From the IMG/VR virus record IMGVR_UViG_3300033146_002242, positions 32,001-96,000 of that record: DNA of 64,000 nt. The stretch is one strand, 5' to 3'. Origin of the DNA: a virus. The notes beneath the pieces are model-generated. The model worked only from the letters and a program-made list of their open reading frames with translations. It was not told where the DNA came from and did no database searches. The position numbers and the translations under genes are program-made. Shown here piece after piece: positions 47,557-56,526 of the stretch. The stretch's first letter is position 1. Every line of letters starts with the position of its first letter.

Positions 47557-49011
47557 ATGATGAAACATATCTTAACAGAAGCATATAAGACCACTCGTAA
47601 GTTAACGGGTATCGATCCATCGAAGCCTGGTAACATCAAGCAGGTCTTATATAATGATGATGCCTTCAATATTTTCGTTGAAGGTTTATCAGAAAGTATT
47701 GAAAACGTGAATCAGAAGGAAGGTTTTAAAACTCTGTGTGAAAACACTCGTATTAACCTTCTGGAAAATTCAATGTTCCAAATTAACCCTTATGAATCAC
47801 TGACTCTTCCAGTTCTTCGTGTTTTTTATCCGAAACTCGTAGCCAAAGAAGCTGTTACTGTTTCACCTATTGATAAGCCAGAGTGCATTAAGCCATATCT
47901 GACTGCTACATTTGAAAAACACGGTTCTGCTACTAAATATGCTGCTCCGTCTATCACCGAAGATATTTCAAATGGTCCCGGTCTTTCAACACCTACTTCT
48001 GCTAATATTCCTGTTCCGCAGCAAAGTTTTGATTTACTGGCTCTTCTGTCATTAACTTCTGATGAAGTTCATGTCGAAAGAGATTTTACTATTGTTGCTG
48101 TGCATGATGGTAGTGGTAATGTTGTTAATGTTAATGTTGAACCCGCTGTTGAAGGTCACTTTTCATTTTCAGTTACCGTTAATGGTGCTGATGATGTTAT
48201 TTCTGGTCATGTGGACTATCTGAATGGTACTGTCACCGTTGCTTCTGCTACTGGTGTTGTTACTGCTGTCGATGCTGATTTTACATGTTCACTGGAAGAA
48301 AATATGGTCAATCCAAAAGTCAACTTAAAAGTTGATAAGGTTCGTCTGTATGCCAAAGACCGTGAAATCTCGGCCAATTGGTCAATCCATATGGAACAGG
48401 ATATGAAAGCTTTATTCGATCTTTCGATGCAAGCTGAGATTGTTTCTGTTCTTGGTCAGCAGATTGCCCTTGATATTGACCGTGAAATTATCACATCTCT
48501 GATTACTGCTAACTCAAGTCTGAACCCTGCTTCCCATACCCGGACATTCAATAGAACTGCACCGGCTTCTTTCACATGGGGTCAGAAAGCTTGGCATGAA
48601 AACATTCTTGTTGATATGAACTTACTGTCAGCTCAGGTTTACACTGATACCAACATTGACCAAGCTAATACTGTTTTAGCTAATCCGGTTGATGTTGCCA
48701 TTCTTGAAGATATCAATACTTTCCGCTATTCTGGTACTTCGAGTGAAAATGGTGAACTTGGTTTCCGTGAAGCTACTGTCAATGGTGGAAAATGGAAAGT
48801 TCTGACTAGTTCAGTTGTTCCTGCTGGTGAAATGGTTATGGTTTATAAGCCTGTCGAAGAGATTAAATGTATTTATCTCTACTGTCCATATGTGCCAGTT
48901 GTTCTTAGCCCCTATCCTCTGGGTGCAACTCCTTCACTGACCATTCTTAGCCGTAATGCTAATGCAATGGTTAGAAGTGCTGGTATTGCCTCACTCAAGA
49001 TTGGACCCTAG
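47557..49011 (+). CDS. Major capsid protein (T4 gp23-like, HK97 fold)
   Basis: GGAGG RBS, ATG at 47557; K.R.ISANWS.. EI.S.L.QQI...IDREII; YCPYVP; distinct optimised codon usage; strong terminator after. Confidence 0.88.
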   Translation: MMKHILTEAYKTTRKLTGIDPSKPGNIKQVLYNDDAFNIFVEGLSESIENVNQKEGFKTLCENTRINLLENSMFQINPYESLTLPVLRVFYPKLVAKEAVTVSPIDKPECIKPYLTATFEKHGSATKYAAPSITEDISNGPGLSTPTSANIPVPQQSFDLLALLSLTSDEVHVERDFTIVAVHDGSGNVVNVNVEPAVEGHFSFSVTVNGADDVISGHVDYLNGTVTVASATGVVTAVDADFTCSLEENMVNPKVNLKVDKVRLYAKDREISANWSIHMEQDMKALFDLSMQAEIVSVLGQQIALDIDREIITSLITANSSLNPASHTRTFNRTAPASFTWGQKAWHENILVDMNLLSAQVYTDTNIDQANTVLANPVDVAILEDINTFRYSGTSSENGELGFREATVNGGKWKVLTSSVVPAGEMVMVYKPVEEIKCIYLYCPYVPVVLSPYPLGATPSLTILSRNANAMVRSAGIASLKIGP

Positions 49012-49059
49012 TATTTAATTAAGCCTCCCCACAATCCTCCTTGTTTGGTTGGTGGTTGA

Positions 49060-49102
49060 GCCCCTCATTCCCTATTAGCCGGGGAATGAGGGGCGCTTTT
49101 TT
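49060..49102 (+). terminator. Intrinsic terminator after MCP
   Basis: 13 bp IR gcccctcattccc/gggaatgaggggc plus T-run. Confidence 0.85.
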
Positions 49103-49120
49103 CGTCCAAAAAAAAAGAAA

Positions 49121-49150
49121 AATGATAGCGGTTTTATTATCCGCTATCAT
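49121..49150 (-). terminator. Terminator for minus-strand gene
   Basis: atgatagcgg/ccgctatcat with A-run on the left. Confidence 0.65.
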
Positions 49151-49158
49151 GTTTAATT

Positions 49159-49371
49159 TTAGTAGATGATATAGGGAGTAGCTCCCAATACCTTAACACA
49201 ATAGAAGTTGATTAATTTCACTGCCCAAATGGCAATGTCCCATGACCATATTGGAAGATCTGGGATATGATTGTACAATACCCCCACACTTTTGATTAAC
49301 ATTACATCCCATACCATCGATGCAATGATAATCAAAAGACCACTTTTCCACCCTAAGTTATGTCCTTTCAT
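49159..49371 (-). CDS. Small membrane protein
   Basis: AAGGAGGT RBS on minus strand; hydrophobic. Confidence 0.65.
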   Translation of the reverse strand: MKGHNLGWKSGLLIIIASMVWDVMLIKSVGVLYNHIPDLPIWSWDIAIWAVKLINFYCVKVLGATPYIIY

Positions 49372-49439
49372 GACACCTCCTTTTAAGGGTTTAAAATGTA
49401 GTCTTCTCTATAAATCAATATATATAGTTTTATGTGATA

Positions 49440-49471
49440 TTTTAAAAAATAAAACGAGTTATATATATTTA
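49440..49471 (+). promoter_or_regulatory. Candidate early promoter (31/32 identical to 21413-21444)
   Basis: Same 32-mer upstream of a higher-GC gene block. Confidence 0.5.
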
Positions 49472-49511
49472 TTTGCAGTAAACAAGTTTAATTTTTAGTT
49501 AAGGAGGATAT

Positions 49512-49808
49512 ATGGAAACCAGAATAAAAAGAAGAAGCAGGTTTGAATATAGGCGGTGGTCGGGAGGGAAGAATCCTGAAATTCTTTCCGATGATTTGTT
49601 AGCTTGTCCACATTTGGCAGCTCAAAAAGGGTGGCTGGATAATGAAAAAGTTGATCGGAGGAATCATCTTTTTCTGGATGTTTATCAATTGATTGTTAAG
49701 GCTGGTATGCTGGATCATGAAAATGGTCCGTGTAGTGGCAACATCCAGTCGTTGGATCTTATTTGGACTCTGTTCACCAATATGAGGTTTAACCCGAATA
49801 GTAAGTAA
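49512..49808 (+). CDS. Hypothetical protein
   Basis: AAGGAGG RBS; higher GC. Confidence 0.7.
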   Translation: METRIKRRSRFEYRRWSGGKNPEILSDDLLACPHLAAQKGWLDNEKVDRRNHLFLDVYQLIVKAGMLDHENGPCSGNIQSLDLIWTLFTNMRFNPNSK

Positions 49809-49941
49809 TAACCGCACACCAACGCGGTATAAAAGAGGTCGCAGAACTAAAACTGCGAAAACAAATTTAGATTTCCGAAAAAGGGTTAGGAAATAAAAGA
49901 AATACCCTATATAACTCTTTCTTAATAGAAGGAGCATTATT

Positions 49942-50625
49942 ATGGCCGATATAATTAATGAAAAGAACCAAAAACAAGAGTACAACAAAGAAGATTTCCC
50001 TGTTTTCTTTAAAGGGGCATCTTCCTACGTATTTCCTGCTATTGGTGGTGGTATTGAAGAAATTGCCACCATCACAGAAGTATGGAGAGGGGCTGATTAT
50101 GAGGCCAAGAAAGCGATGGCCGAAACATGGGAAAATGTATTTAAATGGGCTGCAGAAATTGCAGCCAAACATAATCTGGTATTTGGGCGGTTGTTTGGAA
50201 AACCGTCTGAAGATGATTTTGTATGTGAAACCTGTCACGGGACAGGGTTTTATCTCAGGTGGGAAATTGCACCACCTGCTGAAAGGGAATGCCCCGAATG
50301 CCGAGGCACCGGGTATCAAATTTCTCGGTGCAATAGATGTGGTGGCACGGGGGACAATGGCGAATGTCCCACCTGCCGTGGTACTGGTTTTTTCATTTAT
50401 TGGAAGAGGCCATGTAAAGTGTGTGGCATTGTATCCCCGTCTGGTAACAGAATTCGAGGAATTGGTAAAATTTATATCCCTCAACGAAGGGTGAAATTTA
50501 TTACAACCTGTTCAAAGTGTGGGGGATGGGGGTCCCGCCACATCACTAAAAATCCGTTTATGTCAGAGGGTGTGTTGACAGCACGCCCCCGCATTAAAAC
50601 GGAAATGGAAACGGAAACGGATTAA
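49942..50625 (+). CDS. DnaJ-type CxxCxGxG zinc-finger repeat protein (no J domain)
   Basis: CETCHGTG, CPECRGTG, CNRCGGTG, CPTCRGTG, CKVCG, CSKCGGWG. Confidence 0.8.
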   Translation: MADIINEKNQKQEYNKEDFPVFFKGASSYVFPAIGGGIEEIATITEVWRGADYEAKKAMAETWENVFKWAAEIAAKHNLVFGRLFGKPSEDDFVCETCHGTGFYLRWEIAPPAERECPECRGTGYQISRCNRCGGTGDNGECPTCRGTGFFIYWKRPCKVCGIVSPSGNRIRGIGKIYIPQRRVKFITTCSKCGGWGSRHITKNPFMSEGVLTARPRIKTEMETETD

Positions 50626-50632
50626 AACTTTA

Positions 50633-50673
50633 AAATGAAGGGAGAATATATTTATTATATTCTCCCTTCATTT
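50633..50673. terminator. Hairpin terminator
   Basis: Perfect 18 bp IR aaatgaagggagaatata/tatattctcccttcattt. Confidence 0.65.
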
Positions 50674-50693
50674 ATTTTTCATGGAGGGTACAT

Positions 50694-51122
50694 ATGAAAA
50701 GTACCATTGAGTATATTCACCATACAGGATCGAGGGATGATATGTTGTATATCAAGAAATATATCGCCAATTATATTGATGATATTGATGAGGCGCTATA
50801 TTTCGCGGTATATAAATGGTATCAGATATCGAACAAATTAACGTTGAAAAAAATCCAATGGTTAGTGGGAAATAAAAATATAGATCTGAAATATGTCAAA
50901 AATAGATTTAAAATGTTTGGCATATTTGAGCATTTTGATGGGGAGGTTCTTTTCCTTAAATCTTGGAAAAAAAACGGGAAGCCGATCATCCCTAGGAATT
51001 TTATCAGGGATATTAACCATATTCGATCCATGTACAATCATGGGTTCGAAAAATTTAAATTAACCAATGCCATTACTCTAGTGGATAAACTGAAAAATGC
51101 TCCTATGCTATTTGTGGCATAA
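50694..51122 (+). CDS. Hypothetical protein
   Basis: GGAGG RBS, 142 aa. Confidence 0.7.
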   Translation: MKSTIEYIHHTGSRDDMLYIKKYIANYIDDIDEALYFAVYKWYQISNKLTLKKIQWLVGNKNIDLKYVKNRFKMFGIFEHFDGEVLFLKSWKKNGKPIIPRNFIRDINHIRSMYNHGFEKFKLTNAITLVDKLKNAPMLFVA

Positions 51123-51135
51123 GGGCATTTAAATT

Positions 51136-51170
51136 AGTGGGGTTGGAATCAAATCAACCCCACTTTTTTT
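51136..51170 (+). terminator. Intrinsic terminator
   Basis: agtggggttg/caaccccact plus T-run. Confidence 0.8.
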
Positions 51171-51237
51171 TAAAGATGAATTTCTTTTTTTTTCCAACAT
51201 AGAAATACCATAAATATATTAATCATAGGAGGGTTGT

Positions 51238-54200
51238 ATGAATATTAAGAAATCTCAAGGTAATTGTACTGAATGTGTGTTAACTAAATACGAATCTTTA
51301 TTTCCAAATACAAATTCTAAAAAGAATATTACAAAAGTTGATATTTTATTTGTAATAGATTCGTTTTCAAAAAAAGATTTAAAAAATAATAAAATTTTAT
51401 CAGAACAAGATAATAAAGAATTTTATGAAATTTTTGAAAAATATGGATTGAAGAAATTAAAATATATGATAACTTCATTATCATATTGTGATTGTAATCA
51501 TATTGAAGATGAAGAACAATTGGATAAAGTATTTGAATGTTGTAAAGAAAATTTATATCACATGATTGATATTGTCAAACCTAAATTAATTGTTGCAATG
51601 GGTTATAATGTTTGTAAATATTTAAAAATAACAAAACCATCTTTAAATAATATTAATTTATTAAGAGGTAAATTTTTTGAATATAATAAATCTAATGTTT
51701 TAGCTACAATATCTCATAAAAGTTTGAAAGAAAATAAAAACTATGTTAAATTATTAGATAATGATTTTTATAAAATTGCTGAATATTTTAATTTAACAAA
51801 TAATATTCATAAGAAAAATAATACTGGTGCTGATATTAAATTTGTAGGAAAAGGTTTACAGTTTTATAATATTCCTGAAAAATATTATACTGAACAATAT
51901 AGATTAGTTGATATTCAATTTTTATATAAAACATCTGAGGTATTATATATTTTTAGAGATAAAAATAATAATAAAGAATACTATAAACATAATGATGATT
52001 ACTATTTTTATAAATCTTCTAATTCAATTGATAAAAAGATAATCGAACAAGATAACGCTTCTGCTTTTATTACTTCTTGGAAGAATAGATATGATATTGA
52101 ACCAGACACAACATATGAAGCTGATGTTCGATTACCTATCAAACACGCGATTGATTATGGTATTAAAAATAAAGAAGATTGTTTTGTTGATTATTTAAAT
52201 AATTGGTTTTTTGATATTGAATTAGATATGAAAAATACAGAAGCTTTTCCTTCTATTGAGGATGCTAAATTTCCAATCAATATGATTTCAGTATCTTTTA
52301 ATGGAAATAATATTATTTACATATTAGATAATAAAACCAAGCCAATAGAAAAAGATGATAAAAATTATGAATATAAAATTTTTGATAAAGAAATTCCCTT
52401 ATTAAAAGAATTTATTAATGACTTCAAAAATGCAGATCCTGATACAATTTCAGGTTGGAATACAAATACATTTGACTTACCATATTTGTATTTTAGATTA
52501 AAAAGATTAAATATTGAACCAAGTACATTATCAAAATTTGGTGTATTTGATGTGGATATGCAATGGGGGAGGGTGACTATTGCAGGGGTAGCTTGTGTTG
52601 ACCAATTAGAAATTTATAAATTATTTGAATTTGGTAAAAAACCAAGTTATAAATTAGATAGTATTGCGAATTATGAATTGGGAGTTAAAAAAATTGAATT
52701 AGGAGAATCTATTAGTACAATCTATAATACAGATATTAATAAACTTATTCGATACAATATTCGTGATACAGATTTATTGGTTCAATTAGAAGATAAAATT
52801 GGACAAATTAATTTAGTTCACGAAATTAGAAAAGTTTGTTCATCAACAATTTCTGCTATCATGTCAACTTTTGGGCAAGTTGATCCTTTGATGATTTCTT
52901 TTATGAAGAAAAAAGGTTTTGTTGTTAAAAATGCAATTAGAACTGGAAAAGAAAAATTAGTAGGTGCGTTTGTCAAGGAACCAAATCCGGGTATATATAA
53001 ATGGTTTGTTGATTTTGATTTCACTTCACTTTATCCAAGTATAATTCGGACATATAATATTGGGGTTAATACATTTGTTTTTAGATTTATAGATCCACAT
53101 TTAGGATATGATATAACTTATAATCCAGATAATTTACCAGATGAAATTCCTATTATTTTTGATCCTAACTATAAAGCAAAAGAAACAATTGTAAAGAAAG
53201 AAAAATTATTAGAACGCATTAAAGAAATGAATTTGGTGTGGACAATTAATGGTTGTTTTTATTTAAATCACAAAGATGAGATATCTGAACTAAGTGAAAT
53301 TTTGGATTATTTAATGTCATCAAGAAAAGTATATAAAGATAAGAAATTTGAGGCAAAGGTAAATAAAGATGATTTAATGACTCGTGTATATGATACACGG
53401 CAATTAGTATATAAAGTTTTAGCTAATAGTTTTTATGGTGTTATTGCAAATGAAAATTTTAGATTTTTTAATATTCATTCTGCTGGCGCTATTACTGCAT
53501 CTGGTCAAGAAGCGATTAAAACTTGTGTTATAAATGCACATAATAAAATAGAATCAATGTATGAAGAATCTGATTTTATTCAACCGAATATTTTATCTAA
53601 AAAAGAAATGTATAGTGATACTTTAGATAAATCAAGAAATACTGATAATGTTATTACAAGTGACACAGATTCTATTTTTTGTTGTTTTGAAAAATTTGAA
53701 AAAACTTCAATGGAAGATATTAGAAAATATTGTGATGAAATACAAACTTTTTTAAATACAGAAGTGATTATAGAATTGTTAAAAAAACATAATCATTTTA
53801 ATAATGAATTCAATTTTCTTAATATGAAAAATGAATTGATTTGTAAAAAAGGTTTATTTGTTTCAAAGAAACATTATGTTATTCATGTTATTGAACAAGA
53901 AGGTAAAAAAGTTGATGATATTGTACATGTGGGAATTGACACCAAACGGTCTGATATTTCTGAAAAAACAAAAGAATTTTTAAATGAGTTGATTAATATT
54001 ATTTTTGATGATGATAATATCACAATTAAAAAATTAGTTAATCATATTAAAATGAAAGAAATCGAATTTATTGAATTGTTGAAAAAAGGTGATAAAACAT
54101 TAGCTAAGTCAGTTTCATTTACTAAAGATATATCTAAATATAAACGTACAATTCCACAACATATAAATGCTATGTTAAATTGGAATACCCTTGTTTATGA

Positions 54201-54483
54201 ATCTTTTCAAGTTGGTGATAGGGGCAATTTATTTAATATTACGGGTATTGATGAAACAATTGCACCACCAGAAATTGTTCAAAAATATCATACACATTTT
54301 TTGAAAAAAGGTAGAAAATTAGAAGTAATTGCTGTACCTGAAACAGAACCGTGTTTACCAAAATATTTTATAGTAAATATTAAAGAAATGATGCGGGTTG
54401 GATTTCATGATAGATATGATATTTTATTAAAACCGATTTTAAAAGTTCAACAACAAACTAAAAATAAAGTTTTAACATTTTAA
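51238..54483 (+). CDS. polB: Family B DNA polymerase with N-terminal family-4 UDG-like domain
   Basis: Exo I FFDIELD, Exo II GWN..FDLPY, Exo III YNIRD, DFTSLYPSII, K..ANSFYG, SDTDS; N-terminal CTEC..KPKLIVAMG..LRG..ATISH. Confidence 0.95.
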   Translation: MNIKKSQGNCTECVLTKYESLFPNTNSKKNITKVDILFVIDSFSKKDLKNNKILSEQDNKEFYEIFEKYGLKKLKYMITSLSYCDCNHIEDEEQLDKVFECCKENLYHMIDIVKPKLIVAMGYNVCKYLKITKPSLNNINLLRGKFFEYNKSNVLATISHKSLKENKNYVKLLDNDFYKIAEYFNLTNNIHKKNNTGADIKFVGKGLQFYNIPEKYYTEQYRLVDIQFLYKTSEVLYIFRDKNNNKEYYKHNDDYYFYKSSNSIDKKIIEQDNASAFITSWKNRYDIEPDTTYEADVRLPIKHAIDYGIKNKEDCFVDYLNNWFFDIELDMKNTEAFPSIEDAKFPINMISVSFNGNNIIYILDNKTKPIEKDDKNYEYKIFDKEIPLLKEFINDFKNADPDTISGWNTNTFDLPYLYFRLKRLNIEPSTLSKFGVFDVDMQWGRVTIAGVACVDQLEIYKLFEFGKKPSYKLDSIANYELGVKKIELGESISTIYNTDINKLIRYNIRDTDLLVQLEDKIGQINLVHEIRKVCSSTISAIMSTFGQVDPLMISFMKKKGFVVKNAIRTGKEKLVGAFVKEPNPGIYKWFVDFDFTSLYPSIIRTYNIGVNTFVFRFIDPHLGYDITYNPDNLPDEIPIIFDPNYKAKETIVKKEKLLERIKEMNLVWTINGCFYLNHKDEISELSEILDYLMSSRKVYKDKKFEAKVNKDDLMTRVYDTRQLVYKVLANSFYGVIANENFRFFNIHSAGAITASGQEAIKTCVINAHNKIESMYEESDFIQPNILSKKEMYSDTLDKSRNTDNVITSDTDSIFCCFEKFEKTSMEDIRKYCDEIQTFLNTEVIIELLKKHNHFNNEFNFLNMKNELICKKGLFVSKKHYVIHVIEQEGKKVDDIVHVGIDTKRSDISEKTKEFLNELINIIFDDDNITIKKLVNHIKMKEIEFIELLKKGDKTLAKSVSFTKDISKYKRTIPQHINAMLNWNTLVYESFQVGDRGNLFNITGIDETIAPPEIVQKYHTHFLKKGRKLEVIAVPETEPCLPKYFIVNIKEMMRVGFHDRYDILLKPILKVQQQTKNKVLTF

Positions 54484-54493
54484 GGAGATTAAA

Positions 54494-55141
54494 ATGGTTG
54501 TAGATGTCGAAATTTTAGATTTCAACGAAACTGATATGATTAATAAAGTGGCATTAGCCTGTTATACATGCACACATTCTGATTTATCAAAATTTGTTGA
54601 TTTAACACTTGATGAAAAAAAGCAATTAATTAAACGAGTTGTATCAAGAGGGCATTTATCTGTTTTAAGACATGCTAATTTTACTATTGCTATAATTGGT
54701 GGATCCAGAGCTATGACCCATCAACTTGTTCGACACCAAGCTGGATTTAATTTTTCACAACAATCATTGAGATACACTAAAATAAATGAAGAAAATGATG
54801 ATTTTTATAATTTACCAGAAATATTGAAAAAAAGTAGATACAGTAAAAATATTGAAAATGTATTACATGAAATTAAATCATTGTATATTGAATTAATTAA
54901 TGATGGTATAAAAGCTGAGGATGCTAGATATATATTACCAATAGGCACAAAATCAAATATTATTGTAACTGCTAATGGAGAATCATTATATAATTTATTT
55001 AAATCAAGATGTTGTTCTAGGGCACAATTAGAAATTAGAAAAATAACTCAAACTATTCAAAAATATATGGAAGAAAATTTTCCTTATATGTTTTTTAACA
55101 CAGGGCCAGATTGTAAAAATTGTAAGGAAAAATGTAAATAA
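54494..55141 (+). CDS. thyX: Flavin-dependent thymidylate synthase
   Basis: GHLSVLRH, SRAMTHQLVRH..FSQQSLRY, EDARYILP, RAQLEIR. Confidence 0.93.
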   Translation: MVVDVEILDFNETDMINKVALACYTCTHSDLSKFVDLTLDEKKQLIKRVVSRGHLSVLRHANFTIAIIGGSRAMTHQLVRHQAGFNFSQQSLRYTKINEENDDFYNLPEILKKSRYSKNIENVLHEIKSLYIELINDGIKAEDARYILPIGTKSNIIVTANGESLYNLFKSRCCSRAQLEIRKITQTIQKYMEENFPYMFFNTGPDCKNCKEKCK

Positions 55142-55146
55142 ACAAG

Positions 55147-55159
55147 GAACATATAATTG
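55147..55159 (+). promoter_or_regulatory. Candidate promoter GAACA-N6-TG
   Basis: GAACA TATAAT TG upstream of queE. Confidence 0.5.
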
Positions 55160-55191
55160 ATACATATTTTATTAGAAGGAGATTATATTAA

Positions 55192-55842
55192 ATGAAGTCG
55201 ATTAGATTAATTGAGTGTATGTCTACTTGGCAAGGAGAAGGGCCGGATACAGGCAGATATATGGTATTATGCCGATTTAAAAAATGTCAATTAAATTGTT
55301 CGTTTTGTGATACAATGGTATTAATGAAAAATGCTGTTGAAGGTGAATATACGTTTGATAGTATTCAGTCAAAAATAAATTCTGTTAATGGTGGGTTATT
55401 GATTACAGGTGGTGAACCAACTTTATATTTAGATGAAACTGCTAGCTTATTAACAGAATTAGAATATTCAGTGGCTAATGTAGAAACCAATGGTCATAAA
55501 TTAAAAGAATTAATTTTACAAACACCTAAACATTTAAATGTTAAATTCATTTATTCCCCAAAAATATCATTAAATGATGATGAAGTTAAATCTTTTATTA
55601 ATAATGAGAAAATTTATTTTAAATTTGTTATTGATAAATACGATGGTGCTGGCCCAACTATTACAACTAGATCATTAAATAAATTACAAATTATGGGTTT
55701 TGATATGAGTCATGTTTATTTAATGCCAAAAGGTATTAATTATGGTGAATTAAAACAAAATTCAAAAACAGTTTGTGATTTAGCAGAATATTATAATTGT
55801 AATATTTCAACTAGGATGCATTTAATTTATAATTTTTATTAG
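55192..55842 (+). CDS. queE: 7-carboxy-7-deazaguanine synthase (radical SAM) QueE-like
   Basis: STWQGEG..GR..RF..CQLNCSFCDT, ITGGEP, VETNG, SPK. Confidence 0.88.
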   Translation: MKSIRLIECMSTWQGEGPDTGRYMVLCRFKKCQLNCSFCDTMVLMKNAVEGEYTFDSIQSKINSVNGGLLITGGEPTLYLDETASLLTELEYSVANVETNGHKLKELILQTPKHLNVKFIYSPKISLNDDEVKSFINNEKIYFKFVIDKYDGAGPTITTRSLNKLQIMGFDMSHVYLMPKGINYGELKQNSKTVCDLAEYYNCNISTRMHLIYNFY

Positions 55843-55857
55843 AAAAGGAGAGTCGAA

Positions 55858-56169
55858 ATGGAAAAACCTGTTGTAGAGGCATTAGAAACAAGAGTTGCCG
55901 GAATTCCATTTGAAATTGCTGTACAAACTGCAAGTGGCATTATATGTGATCCACAACAATTGCCACAAGCATATGTAAAAGTTTTATCAGTTGGCCCCGA
56001 GGTTAAAGGTATTAAGGTAGGAGATATTATTATGGGTCCGAAACATGGTGGACAAACAGTTGTGCATCAAGGAACCATATATAGAATATATGATAAAAAT
56101 GAAATTTTTGGTATTTTAAATGATGACAATATCAAAATTGATGAAAAACCAATTCTCCATACAGTTTAA
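55858..56169 (+). CDS. groES: GroES-like cochaperonin (T4 gp31 analogue)
   Basis: TASGII mobile loop, VLSVGPEVKGIKVGD, EIFGIL. Confidence 0.8.
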   Translation: MEKPVVEALETRVAGIPFEIAVQTASGIICDPQQLPQAYVKVLSVGPEVKGIKVGDIIMGPKHGGQTVVHQGTIYRIYDKNEIFGILNDDNIKIDEKPILHTV

Positions 56170-56174
56170 TTTTA

Positions 56175-56221
56175 AAAAATGGATGTGGCATATATTTTAT
56201 TAATGTGGCACATCCATTTTT
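56175..56221 (+). terminator. Hairpin terminator
   Basis: 13 bp IR aaaaatggatgtg/cacatccattttt. Confidence 0.6.
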
Positions 56222-56391
56222 TCACATATTTATTATGAAAAAAATATTAGCACCTTTTATTATTTTTGGTTATTGTATAGGATTGATAGTAACAATTTTA
56301 TTTTGTTTAATATTATCCATATTTACAATTCCTTTTAAATATTTATCTAAATTATATTTTCAATATAAATTTAAAATGAATAAGGTAAAAA

Positions 56392-56526
56392 ATGAATAAA
56401 AATATTGAATTGATTCCAGTATCAGAAATAAAAATAGAATATGACCCATCTATGACAACTGCATATGATTTTACTGTAGAAGATTATTTTACTTTTTGTA
56501 CAGATGATGGTATTTTTGTACAGGAT
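56392..56526 (+). mobile_element. Putative split-intein C-terminal half (45 aa) fused to beta' fragment
   Basis: Blocks F/G: AYDFTVEDYFTFCTDDGIFVQD followed by Ser+1. Confidence 0.7.

Noticed and set aside
49599-50494. Long alternative ORFs (49599-49988 minus, 49867-50484 minus, 49958-50494 plus)
   Set aside because: Shadows of the higher-GC zinc-finger gene, which has the RBS and motifs
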